This document shows positions 56,956 through 64,000 of a DNA stretch of 64,000 nucleotides, in pieces (position 1 is the first letter of the stretch; every line of letters starts with the position of its first letter). Both the position numbers and the translations under genes were made by a program. Below the pieces are notes generated by a model that saw nothing but the letters and a program-made list of their open reading frames with translations, was not told where the DNA came from and did no database searches. The stretch covers positions 287,680,001-287,744,000 of the forward strand of contig OZ024742.1 of assembly GCA_964016885.1 (NCBI GenBank), in the 5' to 3' direction. This DNA is from Eledone cirrhosa. Lineage: Eukaryota.

Positions 56956-58730
56956 ACAAATACGTATGATAGTGTGATACACACAGGTATTTGTACATGA
57001 GCCTGGTTATACATTGTTTATTCATGCAGGTCAAATTGACCATTACCCAAAATGGAACGCTATTATTTTTTTTTTATGCTTCCATTTTGTACATTCTATT
57101 CAGTGTTGAAAAGTATTTGTTATTTCGTTGATATCAGTTTTCATCCCCCCCCCCCTCTCTCTCTCTCACCCTCTCTCTCTCTCTCCTTTACTCTTCTGCA
57201 TTTATTTAACTTTGTCACGACTAATGCAAACAAGTCCAGTATCAAACACTTTTTCTAGACCAATTGTTTCTTCTCTTTACACGGTCATGTTCTGAATAAA
57301 ATGACTTCTCGGTCATTCTAGTGTGGTGGTATTACACTGGTCTGATAGACAACAATAATAACAGCAACAATAACGACATCAACAAAATATTGATTTCTAG
57401 AACTGACGCAAGACCAGAAAATTAGGGTTAGAATGGGTAATGACCGTTTTACGCACAACATAACCACGTAAATCTAGAAGAGATATAAAGCAAAGCTGAT
57501 CTCTGTGGTATTACAGTAACATGATTTATATTTGTTTATTATTCTACAAGTTTCAGTCATCAGACTGTGAACATGCCGGGGCACCGGCTTGATTTAGTCG
57601 ATCACATTGACCTCAGTATTTATTGTTTGGTACTTTCTTTTATATCGAACCGGGACAAATACATGAACATAGACACAAACGTAAACATGAGCGCATACAT
57701 ACATACATATATACGTACATACATACGTACGTACATACATACGTACGTACATACATACGTACGTACATACATACATACATGTACATACGTACGTACATAA
57801 TTCATGCATACATACGTACATGCATGCAAACATACATACATACGTAACGTAATGTAACTTACGTACATACACAACAGGCTTTGGCATTTTCCGTCGACCT
57901 AATGTCCCTCACAAGGCATTGACCAATCAGAAACCATCACCATTCTCTCTTATCTTTATATGCTCGTAGAATCTAGTATATAGAGAAGTCATGGGCAAAC
58001 TGCGACCCATTTGGGTTTCTGAATATTATGCCTAATTTCAAAATTACGTTGAATCTTTTAGTAGTGCGGCCCGCTTTATGATGAACCACATCCTAAGTGA
58101 CCCACTACTCGAAAAAAAGGTTGCCAATAGGGCCTCCAAGAGAAATTTTGCAAGGCGGGACAAGACCCCTTTTGGGGCTCGAAGCAGGCAAAGATTTGTT
58201 TCTCAAAATGGTTGTTGCATGGTTGCTGTGGGGCCTTCTTAGATCTTGCACCCCGGAACAAAGTATCGACTGGACCCCCCCCCCCTTTCGTAGGCCCTGG
58301 TTGGCCATGCCTGATACGGAGAAACCTAACAAAGTAAATGTCCAGAAACAAGACACCTCTTCTATACCTTTCGCCCAATAGTAACTAGGTCAGCTATTAT
58401 GTTGTACTAAAATTCTAGCTAGCCTTTACAATCCCGTGACAGTGGATAGTTGGGTTAGTTTCTAGGACACGAGATATACACATCTCTATGTTTTTAATCA
58501 TTCACTTGTCAAAGAAGTGGTATTTCCCAAAATGCGCATAAAATAAAGAAGAAAAGCAAGAAATTATTTGTAAACAAACCAAGTATTAAAGTAACATATC
58601 ACGTTTGTTTTATTTAATTTTATTCCTACCGTTTTGCTGGTGTAATAGGATATTTCGTTTCGCTTTCAGTTTTATATTTTCCATCATACATTTACCGATA
58701 TTAACATAGTCATTTGTCATTTCCTTTTCG

Positions 58731-58770
<40 letters not shown>

Positions 58771-58883
58771 ATGTATATATGTATATGTATATATATATAT
58801 GTATATATATATATATGTGTGTGTGTATATATATATATATATATACGTATATATATATATATATGTATATGTATATATATACA

Positions 58884-58916
<33 letters not shown>

Positions 58917-58977
58917 GTATATATATACATATATATATATATATACATATATATATACATATATATATACATATACG

Positions 58978-59074
<97 letters not shown>

Positions 59075-59084
59075 ACACACACAT

Positions 59085-59147
<63 letters not shown>

Positions 59148-59148
<1 letters not shown>

Positions 59149-59645
59149 TAACCGAATTACCCGCGCCTTGCTGCGTTTCACACATTTTTTTTGTAAGAAA
59201 ATGATGATTGATTTTAAATCAGTGATATAATTTATGGAGAAAAACTCTGCATTTCAATATTACTCAATGTAAAATGTAATGCATGAAAAATTGGAAAACA
59301 TTATTTTTTGTAATATATCAAATCAAAATTACATTATTAAATCTTATTCTTAATTTTTTTTCTTGTAAATAATTTTTTTGAAAATATCAATTGAAAACTT
59401 TTGTGAATAGGCATCATATCTTGTCATTTACCTCTGGTTTAAATTTCATATAAATCGAAGGGAAAAAACTTTCAGCGGGGGTTTCAGCCCCCGGGGAACC
59501 CTTTGATTAAAATGAAACATACGTAAGAAATTAAATGGACATGAGCCCCACACACGTGTCAAGTTTCATCAAGATCGGTTTGGTAGGTTTTGAGTTTTAG
59601 GTTCACAAACAAATTCACAAACACACACAAACAGACAGAAATTGC
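59148..59645 (-). mobile_element. Non-autonomous Helitron, 5' end unclear
   Basis: Minus 3' end CGCAGCAAGGCGCGGGTAATTCGGTTAG|T resembles the typical Helitron hairpin-CTAG terminus. Confidence 0.65.
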
Positions 59646-59730
59646 CATTGGACCTGTTATTTTTATCTAAAGACATTTTTTCCAACTCCATCCCGCCTGA
59701 CTCCTCAATCTATCTTATTGCTCATTCTTT

Positions 59731-59766
59731 CTTCTGATGAAGGACTAGTGTCCGAAACCTTAAAAA
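59731..59766 (+). ncRNA. Partly decayed hammerhead motif
   Basis: CTT-CTGATGA-A-GGAC TAGT GTCC-GAAA-CCT-TA-AAA; stem III imperfect. Confidence 0.55.
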
Positions 59767-59847
59767 CCCTCTTCATGCTATATCAAGCGTTAACCTAATA
59801 TATCCCTTCCATATACTGTACCGATTGTGTTATTATTTCTGTTTACC

Positions 59848-59943
<96 letters not shown>

Positions 59944-60242
59944 TAGCGAGAATCGTATTATTTCGGCTATTGGAAATTAGTGAAAAACAACTTCCGAGAT
60001 GTGTGGCAAGCGCTCAATAGAAACGGGTGAACTAAAGCAATAAACTTACGTTAAAAGGCCAAACACACTGAGGCGATGGTTAAACCATTAACCGCAAAGC
60101 CATAGAAGCGAGCAGGCTATTCGGGTCAAACAAATAATAACATCTGATTGAAAAATTTACCCGGACCCCTTGGAAACGGTGGTAAAATCCAATATGGGGT
60201 TTCTGCAACTCCTAAATCAAGTACTGTCTGCTTAAAGAAATA

Positions 60243-60424
60243 ATTGTTTCTACTTTAGGCAAAAGGCCAGCAATTACCCAGTGCATTATTGGTACTTTAT
60301 TTTATCGACCCCGTAAGGCTGAAAGGCAAAGTCAACCTAGGCGGGATTTGAACTCAGATTGTAAAGGGACGTAACTATGCTGGAAAGCATGGCGTCCGAC
60401 CCTCTACCGATACTGCCAATCCAC
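60243..60424 (-). mobile_element. SINE family A copy
   Basis: Reverse complement of the 12890-13070 type. Confidence 0.85.
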
Positions 60425-60620
60425 ATAAATAATGCTAAGCTTTTGGTATGATGATCGAACAAGGAAGTCACTTTTTCATCAGGCATTTTGTTCTATGCAA
60501 AGCTAAGGAACTGACCTTTGTCTAAACCCACGTGCGGACTTAGAAGGGAGAGAACCCCTAGTTTTGGCGGATGAATTCAGTATGTGTGGTTATTGCAAAA
60601 TTGCAAAATATCACAAAACG

Positions 60621-60731
<111 letters not shown>

Positions 60732-60902
60732 GTTTATGTATTTGTTTGTTTGTTGTTTGTTTTTTTTCTTTCTTTCCTTTCTTTTCATTTCCTTTTTTTT
60801 CTAATTCCATTCTTTTTATTTATTTTTTTTTCATCTGGATTTTTCTCCTTTTATTTGTTTATGTCTTTTACAATTTTTAATCCTTTCTTCATCATTTTTG
60901 TC

Positions 60903-60984
60903 TAAAGGGTGTCCCAAAAAATGTATACACACTTCAACAGCACTCTCATAAAAGTGTGTATACATTTTTGCGGGGAACCCTGTA
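60903..60984. mobile_element. About 80-bp Tc1/mariner-type MITE
   Basis: AGGGTGTCCCAAAAAATGTATACACACTT ... AAGTGTGTATACATTTTTGCGGGGAACCCTG-TA. Confidence 0.75.
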
Positions 60985-61277
60985 TTTCGTGTATATCACT
61001 CATATTTTCCTTTCTTTCTTCGTCATCTGTTTCTTTCCTTCATTCAGTCTTTCTTTTTGCTGTTATCTTTTCTTTATATTTTGTTTTTATAAAAAATAAT
61101 CTCCAACGATAATAACATTTTGTATGTTTGAGGTTTTTCTTTCCCCTTTCGGGCATCGATTGTTTCTCCATATTCTTCATTTTCATTTATATAAGGTTAC
61201 ATACATATCTTATAGGTTAACAATACTTAAATTTTAGTGTTAACCTAGGTTAATATAGTTAATGCGTACAGCTTTAA

Positions 61278-61495
61278 CCCTTTAGCATTTAAACCGGCCA
61301 TATCCGGCCAGAATCCTCTAACCTCTTTCTGTTCAAACTGGCTGTAACCGGCCGCTCATATTGATGTTAAGGTGTGGTTCGCAAAATAAATATCAAAATC
61401 TCTTAGATTCGATATTATGTGAAATAATTATGTAAGATAAAGCTTTTACCAAAAAATTACAATAGTAAATATAGAGTAATGTACATGCTAAAGGG
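61278..61495. mobile_element. piggyBac-type MITE
   Basis: TTAA-CCCTTTAGCAT ... ATGCTAAAGGG-TTAA (TIR plus TTAA target duplication). Confidence 0.8.
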
Positions 61496-61606
61496 TTAAA
61501 AGGCTAGCTAGAAAGAATTATGCCACTGGAAAAATAAAAATAAATTAAAACAATGGTAGTCATTGACTATTATCATATCCAATGTTAAAAAAAGAACGGG
61601 AAACAA

Positions 61607-61646
61607 CCCCGAACGTGTTTCGACATGATTCAACTCATCAGTGAAT
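61607..61646 (-). ncRNA. Decayed hammerhead motif
   Basis: TTCA-CTGATGA-G...C-GAAA-CACG-TT-CGGG; stems I and II imperfect. Confidence 0.5.
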
Positions 61647-62622
61647 TACGGTTTTCATGATTTGTACTTAGTGGTTATTTTTTTACGTGGGTGCAGGCAT
61701 GTCTCAGTGGTTAAGGAGTTCATGTCGCAACAATAAACCCCTCGGTTAAATCTCGCTGTGTGTCATTTTAGTAAAGTGTTTTTACCGTAACCTCGAGTCG
61801 AGCAAAGCTTTGTAAATAAAATTAGGCTAACAGAAACTGTATGGAAGTCTGTCGGATGGATTGTACCAGCCTTGTCACGTATTGTATTAACGCTGATTCC
61901 ACTTAAGAATTACGTTACGGGTACACATGTCTGCGGAATACTCAACCGCTTAATACGTTAATGCATCAGGTCGATGTTTAGTTGATGTAACGGCTGGATG
62001 CTCATCGTCTAAACCAATGAATGATCCAACATCATTTCGCCAATGGGACGCCGCCTTGGGTACTTAACCCTTCAGTTAACAACCCGGCCAAACACCGGCT
62101 CTGCTTCTATGAAATAAAACCACCCATTTTAAAGGTTTCTAATTTAAATTACAATTTTCCAACATAATTTTATATAAGAACCTTACATTAAGTTACTATC
62201 TTACTAATGAAATAATTTGTAAATCCCTCAAAATTTTTCATTAATTAATTGATATAGAGTATATTTCATTAGAAATACGGTCATGAACCGGTTAAACCTG
62301 ACGGAGTCAATCCCATATCCAAATCTGAACAGAGAAGGGGGGAGTGTAAGTGAAATGAAGTGACAAGGAGATATAAGGGAAGAGCTGGACTGGTACATTT
62401 TATCGACCTCGAAAAGATGATCACAAAAAGAGAAAAACTAATCTCTATTAAAAATGACTAATGACCTCTGAGACAAATTTAGAAGTCCGTTTCCAATGAC
62501 GAAGGCTCCGGTTAATTCCTGCTGGTGAAATTAACAATGTGTGACTAGGCTGGTCCCTTGAATTCCAGGTAGAACATATTCCTGACACCTGAGTGGACTG
62601 AAGCAACGTGACATATATATAT

Positions 62623-62892
62623 ATACTGAAGTAAAAGTTAAGTGGAAAAATCCAAGAGTAAGAGCACTCAATCCATAGGACGAGTTTAGTATAAATAATT
62701 ACAACAGTGACATAATCATGTACTCAAATTTCGTTGGGTTCTGGGTCCCTATTCATTCAGCCTGTCATGAGAAAAGTAAAAGCAAAGATGGCCTCTTTGT
62801 TTTTACTTTTTTCATGACAGGCTGAATGAATAGGGACCCAGAACCCAACGAAACTTGAGTACCTGATTATGTCACTATTGTAATTATTTATA
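62623..62892. mobile_element. Fold-back element with about 99-bp arms (62690-62788/62794-62892), an extension and a variant hammerhead
   Basis: Imperfect IR with (TA)n on both sides; CAGG-CTGAATGA...GAAA-CTTGAG-TA-CCTG at 62818-62865. Confidence 0.75.
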
Positions 62893-63451
62893 TATATATA
62901 ATTGAAGCTATATATAAATATAATGTGGGTAATAATAAATATTACCTAATTACAAGTATAAAAATAGTTCACTGTAAAATACCAAGTATACTACAGAGCC
63001 GAAATACAATATAAATGACTATCAAAGAGTGTTTAAAACATTTAATCACAATCGTTTCATTCTAGTACAAGGTCGGAATTATCGGAGTAGATAATAAATA
63101 TAACAAATATAATATCAATAAAAATAACAAATGTAATATCAAAACTTTGTCACAAGAATATTAGGAGGATACATAATATGGGACGCTAGATAAGCATAAG
63201 TATCAACATTTATATAAGATATAATATATATATATATCGACAGTCGATCGACTTTCGTCAAATCGGACCGAGAAAACATTGGTCTTTCCAATTGCTAATA
63301 CTCTCTATCGGTCGCAACTCCAGATAGAAGGAGCAACGTGAAATAAGGTGTCATTCCCAATTAACCTAAATTTGGAAACAATAAAAACAATGGAGACTGG
63401 AGTGACTATATCTGACGCAAATCAACCGAGGTGTAATACATTTTATTTAGT

Positions 63452-63736
63452 AAGGCGGTGGATTGACACTATAGGTAAAGCATCGGACAAAATGCTTTGC
63501 GGTATTTGTTACGATTTTCTACGTTCTGAGTTCAAATCCCATCGAGATCAGCTTCCAAGTACTGGGGTCGATCTAATTGTCTTCTCTTTCCCCCAATTGC
63601 TAGTGTTGTATCTATATTAGAAATTATTATTTCATCAAGAGCAGTGGATTGACAGAGCGTCCGACAGTTACTTAGTAGTATTTAATCGGGCTCTTTACGT
63701 TCTGGTACCAGTCAAGTACTGAGTCGATTTATAATG

Positions 63737-63817
<81 letters not shown>

Positions 63818-63895
63818 CTCCAAATTACTGGCCTTGTGCCAAAATTAGAAGACATTATTACGGTCCTTTACGTTGTGTTCAAATCCCACCAAGGA
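63452..63895 (+). mobile_element. Tandem diverged SINE family A copies
   Basis: A/B box and tail motifs, interrupted by (CT)n. Confidence 0.7.
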
Positions 63896-64000
63896 TGTCT
63901 GGCTCTATCTAATAAACCAGTACATGTAAAATGGAAAGGTTGTGATAAGTTTGAACAAGTTAGCAAAGAAGAAGGAAAGCCCCCACAAAATACTAAGAAA

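Overview
AT-rich, microsatellite-saturated metazoan genomic DNA. The repeat content (tRNA-headed SINEs with CORE-like and Meta-like bodies, very dense (TA)n/(CA)n/(GATA)n) suggests a coleoid cephalopod, probably Octopus; this is inference. No host gene can be confidently called, and nearly all listed ORFs are microsatellite translation artefacts. Real coding remnants all belong to retroelements: a 5'-truncated Penelope-like element (PLE; RT + GIY-YIG) with inverted terminal repeats (44.8-48.3 kb), three Tx1/L1-type LINE pieces (34-40.7 kb), a CRE-type fragment, and RTE/CR1-type remnants. Helitrons and MITEs are also present. The main unexplained structure is a set of about 20 complete, variant or half type-I hammerhead ribozyme (HHR) motifs, all found by eye. 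Many lie in ORF-less fold-back (palindromic) elements of 150-400 bp inserted at (TA)n tracts, which repeat in miniature the architecture of the coding PLE. Several cores are non-canonical (U3-A8 covariant, U4C, U.U-closed stem II, a CUGAAUGA insertion), and many tails share a GAGYRCT-like 3' motif. Ribozyme activity is untested.
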